Both the position numbers and the translations under genes were made by a program. A DNA stretch of 53,416 nucleotides from positions 1-53,416 of the forward strand of contig JBNJGY010000008.1 in NCBI GenBank assembly GCA_051748045.1. The letters are read 5' to 3'. Source of the stretch: Thermotogota bacterium (lineage in GTDB: Bacteria > Thermotogota > Thermotogae > Petrotogales > Petrotogaceae). Within the stretch, counting starts at the first letter, position 1. Every line of letters starts with the position of its first letter. A model generated the notes under the pieces. That model was not told where the DNA came from, ran no database searches, and saw only the letters and a program-made list of their open reading frames with translations. Of the stretch, positions 1-10,634 are shown piece by piece.

Positions 1-293
1 TTGTCTGCTATTTTACAGTCTCTTGTGTAATAGACGTTGAATTTCATTTTTCGGCCTTTCATACCGAGGTTTAAAGGACCGCCTTTGTATTCATCACCAA
101 ATGTGTATTCCATCTTGTTTCTGTAATGGTATAGTTCTGGAGATGGTTTTATTCCTTTGTAGTTTTCTATTTCCACTTCTTTATCTTTAAATATTTGAAG
201 TGAGTGTTGCTCTTTTTCTTTTAACTGTTCTTCGTAGGCTATATCTAGTTTGTTACATCCACCGCATTTATCATATACTGAACAAAGTTCCAT
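1..293 (-). CDS. rlmD: 23S rRNA m5U methyltransferase RlmD/RumA family, N-terminal part (runs off window start)
   Basis: Not in ORF track. Hand translation from ATG at 293: MELCSVYDKCGGCNKLDIAYEEQLKEK...PSPELYHYRNKMEYTFG...LGMK...DCKIAD. It shows the CxxxxxCGGC Fe-S motif and YRNKMEY. The start overlaps the upstream stop (TAATG). Confidence 0.88.
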   Translation of the reverse strand, partial: MELCSVYDKCGGCNKLDIAYEEQLKEKEQHSLQIFKDKEVEIENYKGIKPSPELYHYRNKMEYTFGDEYKGGPLNLGMKGRKMKFNVYYTRDCKIAD

Positions 294-3211
294 TATTTGT
301 CTCCCTTCAATTCTTTTTTTATAATAATTATTTTATTTTTTTCGTCATCTTCATTTCCTGCAATATATATAATGTCTTCATGGAAATCAATTGCTTGTAT
401 TTCAAAATTTACGTCTCTAATTATTTCAAATGTTTTTTTAATTTCGCCATTTTCTAAATTGATTGTATAAATTATTCCTTTTGTTTTTTCTTCTTCTCTT
501 TTAAATCCATAGATATAATATTGGTTTTTATATTCTTTTATACCTAAGAATTTTTCATAGCCTTCTGATTCAGAAGAGAACTGTCTAATTATATTTCCTT
601 CGCTGTTTATTACCATTACTCTATTTTCAAAAGAACCTTCCCTTTCTGCCTGATAAACTACTAAAAATCTATTGTTGGAAATGCTTTTTATTCCTACAGG
701 AAGGTCATTTGTTTCTGTTCCAAAGGTATTAGACCAGATTTCATTTCCATAAAAATCCATTTTAATCAAATATATATCAAATCCGCCATATCCAAAAGAT
801 CTCGTAGACCCAAGGGCTAATATATTTTCTTGATTATCTACTGAAAATTCTTTTGATATTTCTATTGATTTTCCTCCAAAATTAGAAGTCCATAGTCTTG
901 ATCCATCATTTGAATATTTAGCCAAAAACATATCTGTAAGTTTGTTGTTTACATATAAATTTCCCATTATTATATAATTTTCTCCGTCATAATCATCTAT
1001 ATAAATACCAGAGTCTCTACCTATGTCTCCATAATTCATGGAATAATTTTCTTTTAAATCCTTATCTAAAGAAATTAGAGAAACATCTCCGTTGAGTCCT
1101 TCGCTTGAAGTGTCTCCCACAGATATTAATACAGAGTTATTTGAGGCATCTTTTGTGATCAATGATTTTTTGATGAAATCTGTTTTATTACCTCCAAAGA
1201 TTTTTTCTTTTGTTATTTCAAGATTTTCATCTAGTTTGAATATTAAATTGTTCCAATCTCCGTTATCTTTGTAACCACTTAAATAAATTGCTGTTTCTGT
1301 AGCACTTTTATCTATATTAATATCATAAACATAGATATCTTCGTTTTTTTCAATAATTTTTGTTTGTTCAACAATTTTTTCTTCTTTAAAGAGATCAGAA
1401 ACTCCATTTTTTAGATTTTTATACATTTCATCTATATAGTCTACATATTCATAGTAGAACTCAAAATCTATGTCTTCTAAACTTATAGTTGATTCAGTTG
1501 AAAGACTTGTTAATTCTTCTGTATGTGTAGACATATCAGTGATAGTAGCAATGTCAGTAATAGTTGAATCTTCTGTCATTGTTGGTGTTTCTGTAATTGT
1601 TGATTTTTCAGTTATTATATCAATTTGAGTTTCTGTTGAATCTAATGTAAAATCCATTTCATCCTCAATACTTGTTGAAGGTAAAGTGAATTCGTCTTCT
1701 AACAGGTCTTCTGGTGTCGAGGTTATAGTCGGAAAATCAGAAAAATCTATATTGTTTATAGTTGATTCAAAAGTAATTTCCTCTTCAGGCGATAATTCTG
1801 TTGCTGCTTTTGTAGGTGTGCTTTGAGCAGTTGTTTGATCTTGTTCTTTTTCCTGTTCTTCTATTTCTTCTTCGGGTTCTTCTACTTCAAGGTCTTCTTC
1901 TTGTTTTTCTTCTTTAACTGTTTTTTTGAAAAAGGCATTGGTTTTTATGAACTCTCCACCAATATCTTCTGAAAAATCATTGTAAAAGAACAGATGTCTT
2001 TTTAAGTAATCAGAAACTCCAATTAAAAAAGAATCTTCTTTTATAATAGGAGCAGAAAAGATTTCCATTTCATTCAATGTTCCATATGACCAAAAAGTAT
2101 CACCATTAATGTTTTGAGCCTTTATACTTTCTCCTATTAAAATAAAATTTTCTTTATCTGAAATTATGTAGTTTGTTTTAAAATCTAAATTTATAGATTT
2201 AATTCTTTCTAATTTTTCATTGTAAATTGATAATATGTCTTTTCCAGAAAGAATATATATATATCCATTTGAAGTTTGTATTTTTCTATTTAATTTCTCA
2301 AAATTTACATTGAATTTTACCTCATTTTCTTTTTTTAACTCTTTATCCAAAGATATGATTTTTTCATTTTTTAAGATTAAATAACCTTTTTCAAAAGAAA
2401 ATATATCTAGGACGCTTTCTTCAGCTGTTTCATTTAAAAGAGATAATGATTTAGAATATCTTTCTACTTTTTCTTCATATATAACAAAAAGTTCTTCTTT
2501 TATAGCTTTTATTTTTGAAATGTTTTTATTTTTTATAAAGTCTTTTATTTCTTCATTTTCAAAATAATATAATCCATCATTAGATAATAAAATGTTATTT
2601 TGTATATCTATAAAATTTTGTTCGGTTTTTATTTCAGTTAAATCTTTTTCTTTTAATATGTATAAATTTCCTTCCGTATCTAGAATTAGTCCTTTATCTT
2701 CGTAGTAAGAAATTTTTTTCATTTCTGATTTTAAAGAAAATGAATTGATTACTTCCTTGGTTTTATCTAAAACATCTATTGAGTTAATTTTTATGCCTAA
2801 ATAATAGTCATTATAAAACTCTATTTGTTCATAATCTCCATAAATTATTTCAAAAATATCTCCATCTTTAAGAGGTCTGGTTTTAAAATGAAAAATATCG
2901 CTTTTATAGTTTTGATCATCTTTAATAGCTTCTATTTGCCAATAATAATTTGTGTCTGGTTTTAAAATATTACCAGCATAAAAATTTGAAAACAAGTTTG
3001 ATATTATCAGGTCGTTCTCTTCAATTTCTTTTTCTGTGGACAAATATAAATTATAATTAAAGTCAGAATCTTCAGAAATATTCCATCTAAATATATTTCT
3101 AATATCAACATTATCAGAATTGTTCGAAGGAGATCTTGGAGTGATCTCAACTGATAATGTGATAAGCGATATTATTAAAATAATCATTACAAATAAATAA
3201 TTTTTTTTCAT
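293..3211 (-). CDS. Large secreted protein: FN3-like N-domain, beta-propeller-like repeats, acidic Thr-rich linker, second propeller-like domain
   Basis: Signal peptide; FN3-like LKPDTNYYWQIEA; repeated W/Y-x-x-x-FGG...D motifs in the C-terminal part; SD GAGGTG. Confidence 0.65.
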   Translation of the reverse strand: MKKNYLFVMIILIISLITLSVEITPRSPSNNSDNVDIRNIFRWNISEDSDFNYNLYLSTEKEIEENDLIISNLFSNFYAGNILKPDTNYYWQIEAIKDDQNYKSDIFHFKTRPLKDGDIFEIIYGDYEQIEFYNDYYLGIKINSIDVLDKTKEVINSFSLKSEMKKISYYEDKGLILDTEGNLYILKEKDLTEIKTEQNFIDIQNNILLSNDGLYYFENEEIKDFIKNKNISKIKAIKEELFVIYEEKVERYSKSLSLLNETAEESVLDIFSFEKGYLILKNEKIISLDKELKKENEVKFNVNFEKLNRKIQTSNGYIYILSGKDILSIYNEKLERIKSINLDFKTNYIISDKENFILIGESIKAQNINGDTFWSYGTLNEMEIFSAPIIKEDSFLIGVSDYLKRHLFFYNDFSEDIGGEFIKTNAFFKKTVKEEKQEEDLEVEEPEEEIEEQEKEQDQTTAQSTPTKAATELSPEEEITFESTINNIDFSDFPTITSTPEDLLEDEFTLPSTSIEDEMDFTLDSTETQIDIITEKSTITETPTMTEDSTITDIATITDMSTHTEELTSLSTESTISLEDIDFEFYYEYVDYIDEMYKNLKNGVSDLFKEEKIVEQTKIIEKNEDIYVYDINIDKSATETAIYLSGYKDNGDWNNLIFKLDENLEITKEKIFGGNKTDFIKKSLITKDASNNSVLISVGDTSSEGLNGDVSLISLDKDLKENYSMNYGDIGRDSGIYIDDYDGENYIIMGNLYVNNKLTDMFLAKYSNDGSRLWTSNFGGKSIEISKEFSVDNQENILALGSTRSFGYGGFDIYLIKMDFYGNEIWSNTFGTETNDLPVGIKSISNNRFLVVYQAEREGSFENRVMVINSEGNIIRQFSSESEGYEKFLGIKEYKNQYYIYGFKREEEKTKGIIYTINLENGEIKKTFEIIRDVNFEIQAIDFHEDIIYIAGNEDDEKNKIIIIKKELKGDK
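1517..1624 (-). repeat. Six degenerate 18-nt tandem repeats encoding IDIITE/KSTITE/TPTMTE/DSTITD/IATITD/MSTHTE
   Basis: Period-18 units visible on the + strand, e.g. ttctgtcattgttggtgt and ttctgtaattgttgattt. Confidence 0.7.
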
Positions 3212-3223
3212 TTTTTACACCTC

Positions 3224-5002
3224 TTAGAAATCGTTTAAATTCAGTACAAATTCTATTATATCTTTTACATTTTTGTCTACAAAGTTGTCATTACTTATAT
3301 AGTCAGGTTTAAAGTTTAGTCTCATTGAAGATATAAATACTTTTATTGCATCTTCAAAGTTGATCATTTTAAATTCTAACAAAGAATCATAATCCATAGT
3401 AATGATATCATAATCAATCAAAACTTGAGATAGTTTATAGTTCATATCTTTTACTTCCTCTAAATTTTGTTCTATGAAAACTTCTAGTGGTGTTTTTTCG
3501 CCAAATACTCTGTCTATATAGAATTTTTGTAAAAGTTTTGAGTAAGCTAAACCTTCTCCATCTTTCCAAATCAAATTACTTATCATACTGGTTACCCTTT
3601 CGGATAGAGCAAAATTAAATCCAGATAACAATAGAGCATTAGTTAATATCCCTATTCCTTCAGGTTTGCTTTTTGCTTCTTTCATGTTGTCTTCTTTTAG
3701 CCAAGCTATGGATATTCCTCCAACACCTCTTTTATTCAATTCTTCTGATAAGAGAACTCCATCTATGATTCCTTCTTCTGTAACACTTTCTAAGATTGAA
3801 TCAGTAATTCTAGTATCTGTCATTTTTTCTAATTTATCTATATAAAAATCTATTTTGTTTAATTTTTCTAATAAAGATTGAAAGTATAAGGATTCATCAT
3901 TTTGTGAAATTATATATTTCGCATCTTTTATTTTGTTTTGGGCAAGTGTATAGAAAAAATAAAATAAATTCGCCGAATTTTCAAAATCTTCTTTTTTTAT
4001 CATTTCATAATACTTTTCAACTCTATATTCATCTTCAAGAATAGTAGATAATTTTAAAAGAGTTATTAAAATTAAATCTTTGTTGTCTTCGTTTGCTATT
4101 TCTAATGCTTGTTCTTCTTTTTCGAGTGATTCTTGAAAAAGGCCAAGATTTTTTAATATCAAAGAATATTCATGAAGAATAAAGTCTTCTTTATTTTTTT
4201 GAAGCGCTTTTTCTATAGCTATTTTAGACTCTCTGTGTCTCCCTAGTTTTTGTAAAGTATACGATAAATTATAATAAATTTCAAAATCAGCACCTTCAAG
4301 TTCTGTGGCTTGATTTAATATTATATAAGCATCTTTATATCTTTGCAATTGATTATATATAACTCCTATCCTTAAGTAGGATTGTAGGAAATTTTTGTCG
4401 ATTTTTAGTGATTGATTTAGAAAATCCAATGCTTCTTCGTATCTTCCGTTTTCCATATATACATCAGCGATTTTTACATAAGATAATATAAAATCTTTTT
4501 TTACTTCTATAGCTTTCATAAAATTATCTAAAGCTTCGTCATAGATTTTTCTTTCATACATTAAATTTCCTAATTCATAAAAACCATATGCAAAAGATGG
4601 GTTATCTTTTGTACATTGTTTTAATTCCATTTCCGCTAATTCTTCTTGTCCGTGTTTTTTGAGTAATAGCCCATAATAAAAATGGAATCTATAATCTTGT
4701 AAAATTGATGCTGCTTTTTGTAAGTATATCTCAGCACCTTTTAGATCATCTTCTTCCAACAACTTTTTAAATTTTTCATATAGGTAAAATACTAAATAAG
4801 AACCATAATATTCGTTTGGGTCTACTTCGTATTGTGCTTCTAAACCTCTCAAAATAGTCTCAAGAGGTATTTTATTTTTTTCAACAGCTCTTTTATAATC
4901 CTGTACTAATAAAGGTAATTTAACAGGAAGATTATTTATTTTTGCATATTCTGGTTTTAACTCTAAATACACCAAAGCATATTTTAGATCAGACAATTTC
5001 AT
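3224..5002 (-). CDS. Tetratricopeptide repeat protein
   Basis: Several 34-aa TPR units (YELGNLMYERKIYDEALDNFMKAIEV; YVKIADVYMENGRYEEALDFLNQSL). Confidence 0.85.
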   Translation of the reverse strand: MKLSDLKYALVYLELKPEYAKINNLPVKLPLLVQDYKRAVEKNKIPLETILRGLEAQYEVDPNEYYGSYLVFYLYEKFKKLLEEDDLKGAEIYLQKAASILQDYRFHFYYGLLLKKHGQEELAEMELKQCTKDNPSFAYGFYELGNLMYERKIYDEALDNFMKAIEVKKDFILSYVKIADVYMENGRYEEALDFLNQSLKIDKNFLQSYLRIGVIYNQLQRYKDAYIILNQATELEGADFEIYYNLSYTLQKLGRHRESKIAIEKALQKNKEDFILHEYSLILKNLGLFQESLEKEEQALEIANEDNKDLILITLLKLSTILEDEYRVEKYYEMIKKEDFENSANLFYFFYTLAQNKIKDAKYIISQNDESLYFQSLLEKLNKIDFYIDKLEKMTDTRITDSILESVTEEGIIDGVLLSEELNKRGVGGISIAWLKEDNMKEAKSKPEGIGILTNALLLSGFNFALSERVTSMISNLIWKDGEGLAYSKLLQKFYIDRVFGEKTPLEVFIEQNLEEVKDMNYKLSQVLIDYDIITMDYDSLLEFKMINFEDAIKVFISSMRLNFKPDYISNDNFVDKNVKDIIEFVLNLNDF

Positions 5003-5013
5003 TCCTCCATTCG

Positions 5014-5373
5014 TTAATGTTTAAAAGCTTTTCTTTTTATGAAATAATAAAATAACCCTAGAATTATTCCATAGTACCCAAAAATCATATCATCATATGA
5101 GAATACTCTATATACAGAAAATGACTGCATATATTCAATACCTGCAGGTAAAAGTAGAAAAAAGAAAAGAAGTATAAAATATTTTACTTTCTTCGTCTTT
5201 TCATAAAATGCAAGACTGAATAAATCAGAAGCAATAAAAAATGACAATAAATGAATTATTTTATCTTCATAATAATAGCTTGAATAGTTAAAAGGTGGTT
5301 TTATTATTGTAGATATAACAAGTAATATAATATAAATATAGAATAGTATTTTCCAAAAGTATTTTTGTTTCAA
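5014..5373 (-). CDS. VanZ family membrane protein
   Basis: DKIIH, IEYMQSF and R..SYDD motifs with hydrophobic helices. TTG start chosen from SD GAGGTG (ORF track start 5382). Confidence 0.8.
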   Translation of the reverse strand: MKQKYFWKILFYIYIILLVISTIIKPPFNYSSYYYEDKIIHLLSFFIASDLFSLAFYEKTKKVKYFILLFFFLLLPAGIEYMQSFSVYRVFSYDDMIFGYYGIILGLFYYFIKRKAFKH

Positions 5374-5398
5374 ATAACACACCTCATTTCAATTATAG

Positions 5399-5429
5399 AA
5401 ACAGTAATCCGTTTCCGGATTACTGTTTT
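5399..5429 (-). terminator. Hairpin / intrinsic terminator after tgt-hypothetical
   Basis: aaacagtaatccg-tttc-cggattactgttt (GAAA loop on the - strand). Confidence 0.7.
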
Positions 5430-5443
5430 ATAAAGGTTTCATT

Positions 5444-5797
5444 CTAGATTTTTCTAAATGTTTCATTATTTCGGTCATCTTTTTCGATATGTATATATCT
5501 ATCGTTATAATCTTTCGCAATCTTTTCTATTATAGGTTTCAGATCACTATCTTCTAAATCTTCTTTTAAAAATTCTTTTAAATCTTCTGAAAGAGTAAAA
5601 TAAGGAGATTCCTTAGGTTTAAAAGATATTTCTTCTTCAACTCTGTTAGGTAATTCTTCTTCTCCGTAAATTTTAGATAATAATTCTACAACTTTCCTCA
5701 CGAATTCTTTTTTTACTTCACTTAGTTTAAAAGTCTTGTTAATTGATGCATGTAATTCTGGTTTTAGATCGTTATAATGTTTGTTAAAAGATTTCAC
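5444..5797 (-). CDS. Hypothetical protein co-transcribed with tgt
   Basis: 117-aa ORF, GTG start, strong SD AGGAGGG, 16 nt after the tgt stop. Confidence 0.75.
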   Translation of the reverse strand: MKSFNKHYNDLKPELHASINKTFKLSEVKKEFVRKVVELLSKIYGEEELPNRVEEEISFKPKESPYFTLSEDLKEFLKEDLEDSDLKPIIEKIAKDYNDRYIHIEKDDRNNETFRKI

Positions 5798-5813
5798 TGA
5801 ATATCCCTCCTAT

Positions 5814-6965
<1,152 letters not shown>

Positions 6966-7143
6966 TTAATATATACTATTATATATTATATATCTTTAAT
7001 TAAGCTTAATTTTTAGTAAAATACGCTAATTTTCATCTTAATTAATTATAACATATTTATACATTCAAAAAAATCACAAATCCACTATATGATTCTCTTG
7101 TTTATCTATTAAAAAAATGTTTACAGTATTGAATTATACTGAA

Positions 7144-7173
7144 TTGACTTAAATACGACTTATATGGTAGAAT
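7144..7173 (+). promoter_or_regulatory. Sigma70-type promoter of the suf operon
   Basis: TTGACT-18nt-TAGAAT with TG extension. Confidence 0.7.
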
Positions 7174-7207
7174 TTAATTAAAATATACCACAAATTTTAT
7201 CGTATTT
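7151..7207. promoter_or_regulatory. Two 25-bp imperfect palindromic operator-like sites (Rrf2/IscR-like)
   Basis: 7151-7175 is AAATACGAC-ttatatg-GTAGAATTT. The reverse complement of 7183-7207 is AAATACGAT-aaaattt-GTGGTATAT. Confidence 0.55.
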
Positions 7208-7222
7208 AAAGGAGGAAGAAAG

Positions 7223-7978
7223 ATGGCTCATCTTTTAGAAATCAAAAACTTAAAAGCAAAGGTCATTGATGAAAACAAAATGATCCTTAAAGGTGTTAAT
7301 TTAAAAATCAATGAAGGCGAAATACATGCAATTATGGGACCAAATGGTTCTGGTAAATCAACATTAGCAAATGTTATTATGGGAAACCCGAAATTTGAAA
7401 TAACAGAAGGAGATATATTATTCAAAGGTGAATCTATTTTAAATTTAGATACAGATGAAAGAGCAAAACTTGGTTTATTTATGTCTTTTCAATCACCTGA
7501 AGAAATAGAGGGTGTAAAAATGAGACAATTTTTATTGAACTCATACAGAAATATTAACTCTGAAGACGATTCATCAGCTTTAAAAGTCAATAGAAAAATC
7601 ATGGATTTATCAGATGTTGTTTCATTGGATAAAGTATTTTTAGATAGATATGTTAACACTGGATTTTCTGGTGGAGAAAAAAAGAAAAGTGAAATTTTAC
7701 AAATGGGTTTGATTTCTCCAAAATTAACAATTTTAGATGAAATAGATTCAGGTCTTGATGTTGATGCTTTAAGAATTGTTTCTGATTCGATTAATAAGTT
7801 CAAGAATGAGAATATGGGTATGTTGATGATTACTCATTACCAGAGAATTTTAAATTATATAAAACCTGATTTTGTTCACGTATATTATGGGGGAAAAATA
7901 ATTTCTACAGGAGATGCTGATTTAGCAGAAGAAATTGAAGAAAAAGGTTATACAATGATAAAAGAAGAAGAGGTATAA
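7223..7978 (+). CDS. sufC: Fe-S cluster assembly ATPase SufC
   Basis: GPNGSGKST, GFSGGEKKKSEILQ, ILDEIDSGLD, ITHYQR. Confidence 0.96.
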   Translation: MAHLLEIKNLKAKVIDENKMILKGVNLKINEGEIHAIMGPNGSGKSTLANVIMGNPKFEITEGDILFKGESILNLDTDERAKLGLFMSFQSPEEIEGVKMRQFLLNSYRNINSEDDSSALKVNRKIMDLSDVVSLDKVFLDRYVNTGFSGGEKKKSEILQMGLISPKLTILDEIDSGLDVDALRIVSDSINKFKNENMGMLMITHYQRILNYIKPDFVHVYYGGKIISTGDADLAEEIEEKGYTMIKEEEV

Positions 7979-8000
7979 GATATTTCAAGGAGTGATTTAA

Positions 8001-9413
8001 ATGGCAAATAAAGATTTCAATATGCAAGATTTATTGATAGATCAAAGTAGATTTGATTTTAGAAACCCTGAAAGATATTCTTATAAATCTCTTCCGGGTT
8101 TAAATGAAAAAATTATACAGGAAATTTCTGAACAAAAAAAAGAACCTAAATGGATGACTAAATTAAGATTAAAGTCTCTAAAAATATTTCAATCGTGGAA
8201 AGATCCTCAATTTGGAGTTGATTTAGATGATTTAGATTTATCTAAAATAGTTGCTTATATTAAACCAAATGCTAAAAGATCGAATAACTGGGATGAGGTT
8301 CCTGATGATATAAAAGATACTTTTGAAAAACTTGGTATACCAGAAGCTGAAAGAAAAGCCCTTGCTGGTGTAGGGGCACAATATGATTCAGAAGTTGTTT
8401 ATCAACATGTTCAAAAAGATTTGGAAGATCTTGGGGTTATTTTCATGGACATGGAAACAGCTGTAAAAAAACACCCTGATTTGGTAAAACAACATTTCAT
8501 GAAAGCTGTTGCTGCAACCAATCATAAATATGCTGCTTTGCACGGAGCTATTTGGAGTGGTGGAACTTTTTTATATGTTCCAAAAGGTGTTAAAGTACCT
8601 TTACCTTTACAAGCATACTTTAGAATGAACAATCCTGGAATGGGACAATTAGAACATACTATTATAATTGCTGATGAAGGTTCAGAACTTGCTTTTATTG
8701 AAGGCTGTTCAGCACCATTTTACAATACAACGAATATACATGCTGGTATGGTTGAAATATATGTTAAAGAAAGTGCCAGAGTAAAATATGCAACAATACA
8801 AAACTGGAGTAAAAACACATATAATTTAAATACAAAAAGAGCTATTGTAGATAGAGACGGTATGATGGAATGGGTTTCTGGTTCTCTTGGTTCATACAAA
8901 ACAATGATTTACCCTTCTTCAATTCTTAAAGGAAAAGGAGCAAAAACAGAAACAAAAGCTATCACATATGCAGGTCCTAATCAACATATGGATGCTGGTT
9001 CAAAAGTCCTTATGTTCGCTCCTTATACATCCGCAAGTATAGATGCCAGGTCTATAAGTGTTGGTGGAGGTTGGGCTTTCTACAGAGGTTGGCTCAAAAT
9101 TGGTGAAAATGCAAAAGGTGCAAAAGCAAATGTCGAATGTCAAGCTCTTATGCTAGATAATGAATCAAAAAGTGATACTGTTCCTTTAATTGAAGTTCAC
9201 AATCAAGATTCAGATGTAGGGCATGAAGCTAAAATAGGTAGAATAAAACAAGAACAAATATATTATTTAATGACAAGAGGTTTATCGGAAGCAGAAGCAA
9301 AAGCAATGGTTGTAAGAGGTTTTGTAGAGCCATTTGCAAAAGAGTTACCTATTGAATACGCCTTAGAATTAAATAGATTAATAAACTTAGAAGTCGAATC
9401 ATCTATAGGTTAA
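8001..9413 (+). CDS. sufB: Fe-S cluster assembly protein SufB
   Basis: LGIPEAERKALAGVGAQYDSE, WSGGTF, EGCSAP, HEAKIG, YLMTRGL; no intein insertion. Confidence 0.96.
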   Translation: MANKDFNMQDLLIDQSRFDFRNPERYSYKSLPGLNEKIIQEISEQKKEPKWMTKLRLKSLKIFQSWKDPQFGVDLDDLDLSKIVAYIKPNAKRSNNWDEVPDDIKDTFEKLGIPEAERKALAGVGAQYDSEVVYQHVQKDLEDLGVIFMDMETAVKKHPDLVKQHFMKAVAATNHKYAALHGAIWSGGTFLYVPKGVKVPLPLQAYFRMNNPGMGQLEHTIIIADEGSELAFIEGCSAPFYNTTNIHAGMVEIYVKESARVKYATIQNWSKNTYNLNTKRAIVDRDGMMEWVSGSLGSYKTMIYPSSILKGKGAKTETKAITYAGPNQHMDAGSKVLMFAPYTSASIDARSISVGGGWAFYRGWLKIGENAKGAKANVECQALMLDNESKSDTVPLIEVHNQDSDVGHEAKIGRIKQEQIYYLMTRGLSEAEAKAMVVRGFVEPFAKELPIEYALELNRLINLEVESSIG

Positions 9414-9425
9414 GGAGTGAGTTTA

Positions 9426-10634
9426 ATGGATGCAATTTTTGAAAAAGCTATAGATTTACAACATAAAAATTTTAAAACAGTCGAGTGGGTCGTGCCACAA
9501 ATAAATTCTGATTCTGATTATTCAGAAAAAGAACTAGCATTATCTACAGAATTCATAAAGAATGAAAAATTAATTGAATATAAAAATATAAGATATAAAT
9601 CATATAAAGAATGGGGTTTTCCAAAATGGAAAAGAGCTAAGTTAAATGGTTATGATCCCAAAAAATATGTTGAAAAAATATCTCCAAATATTCAAGGAGT
9701 TGCAAACTCAATTGATTCTATAGATACAGAAGGACTTGAGATTTTGGCGAAATATGATTTTGAAGGAGCTCATAGAAAATTTCTCCTTATGTCTGATACG
9801 TTTTTTAACCATGGCTTTTATTTCAAAGCTGAAAAAAACGAAGATTTAGGTACTGTAATAGTAAAATACGACCAAGAACAAATTATAGAAAACACTGTAT
9901 TTAACATGAAAAAAGGGTCTAAGTTAACTTTAGTCAGAATTATTAATTCAGAAAAAGATTTATTTAGAACAACATCTCTTAGAGGGGTTATAAATGAAAA
10001 CGCTGAATTGAATATAATAAATGTGAATTTATTGAATAAAAATGATATAAACATAGATAACGCTCTTTTTGAAGTAAAAGAAAGTGGTAAAATAAATGTT
10101 TTTGATTTACATATTGAAGGTAAAGTTTCTGCACCTCATTATATTTTTAGACTAAATGGTAAATACGCTGAAGGAAATATAAAACCATATTTTTTAGGTG
10201 ACAATGATAATGTAATAGATATGCTTTATTTAATAAGATTTTATGCACCTGAATCCTTGGGTAATATTATGGGCAAAGGTGTTCTTAAAGATTCTGCAAA
10301 GGCTGTTTTTAGAGGTTTCTTAGATCTTAAAAAAGGTGCAAAAGAAGCAACCGCTGCAGAAGAAGAATATACTTTATTACTTTCAGAAAAAGCTAGAGCA
10401 GAAGCTATTCCGAGTTTATTAGTTGATGAACATGAAGTCAACGCTTCTCACGCAGCTAGTGTAGGTACTTTAGATGAACAAAAATTATATTATTTAATGA
10501 CTAGAGGATATTCCAAACTTGATGCTAAAAAACTCATGTCTTTTGGAATTTTTGAACCATTTTTAGATGAAATAGAAAAATATCATGAAGAAACAGCAGG
10601 AGTGATTAGAAATGCGATTGAATCAAAAATATAA
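9426..10634 (+). CDS. sufD: SufD family protein
   Basis: IPSLLVDE..V.ASHAASVG..D...YYLMTRG. ATG chosen from SD AAGGAG (ORF track start 9417). Confidence 0.9.
   Translation: MDAIFEKAIDLQHKNFKTVEWVVPQINSDSDYSEKELALSTEFIKNEKLIEYKNIRYKSYKEWGFPKWKRAKLNGYDPKKYVEKISPNIQGVANSIDSIDTEGLEILAKYDFEGAHRKFLLMSDTFFNHGFYFKAEKNEDLGTVIVKYDQEQIIENTVFNMKKGSKLTLVRIINSEKDLFRTTSLRGVINENAELNIINVNLLNKNDINIDNALFEVKESGKINVFDLHIEGKVSAPHYIFRLNGKYAEGNIKPYFLGDNDNVIDMLYLIRFYAPESLGNIMGKGVLKDSAKAVFRGFLDLKKGAKEATAAEEEYTLLLSEKARAEAIPSLLVDEHEVNASHAASVGTLDEQKLYYLMTRGYSKLDAKKLMSFGIFEPFLDEIEKYHEETAGVIRNAIESKI

Noticed and set aside
200-457. 85-aa + strand ORF
   Set aside because: Antisense shadow of rlmD and the secreted protein; no SD; composition reflects the reverse strand
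8001-9413. Possible intein in SufB
   Set aside because: Length (470 aa) is normal and no splice-junction or LAGLIDADG insert is visible
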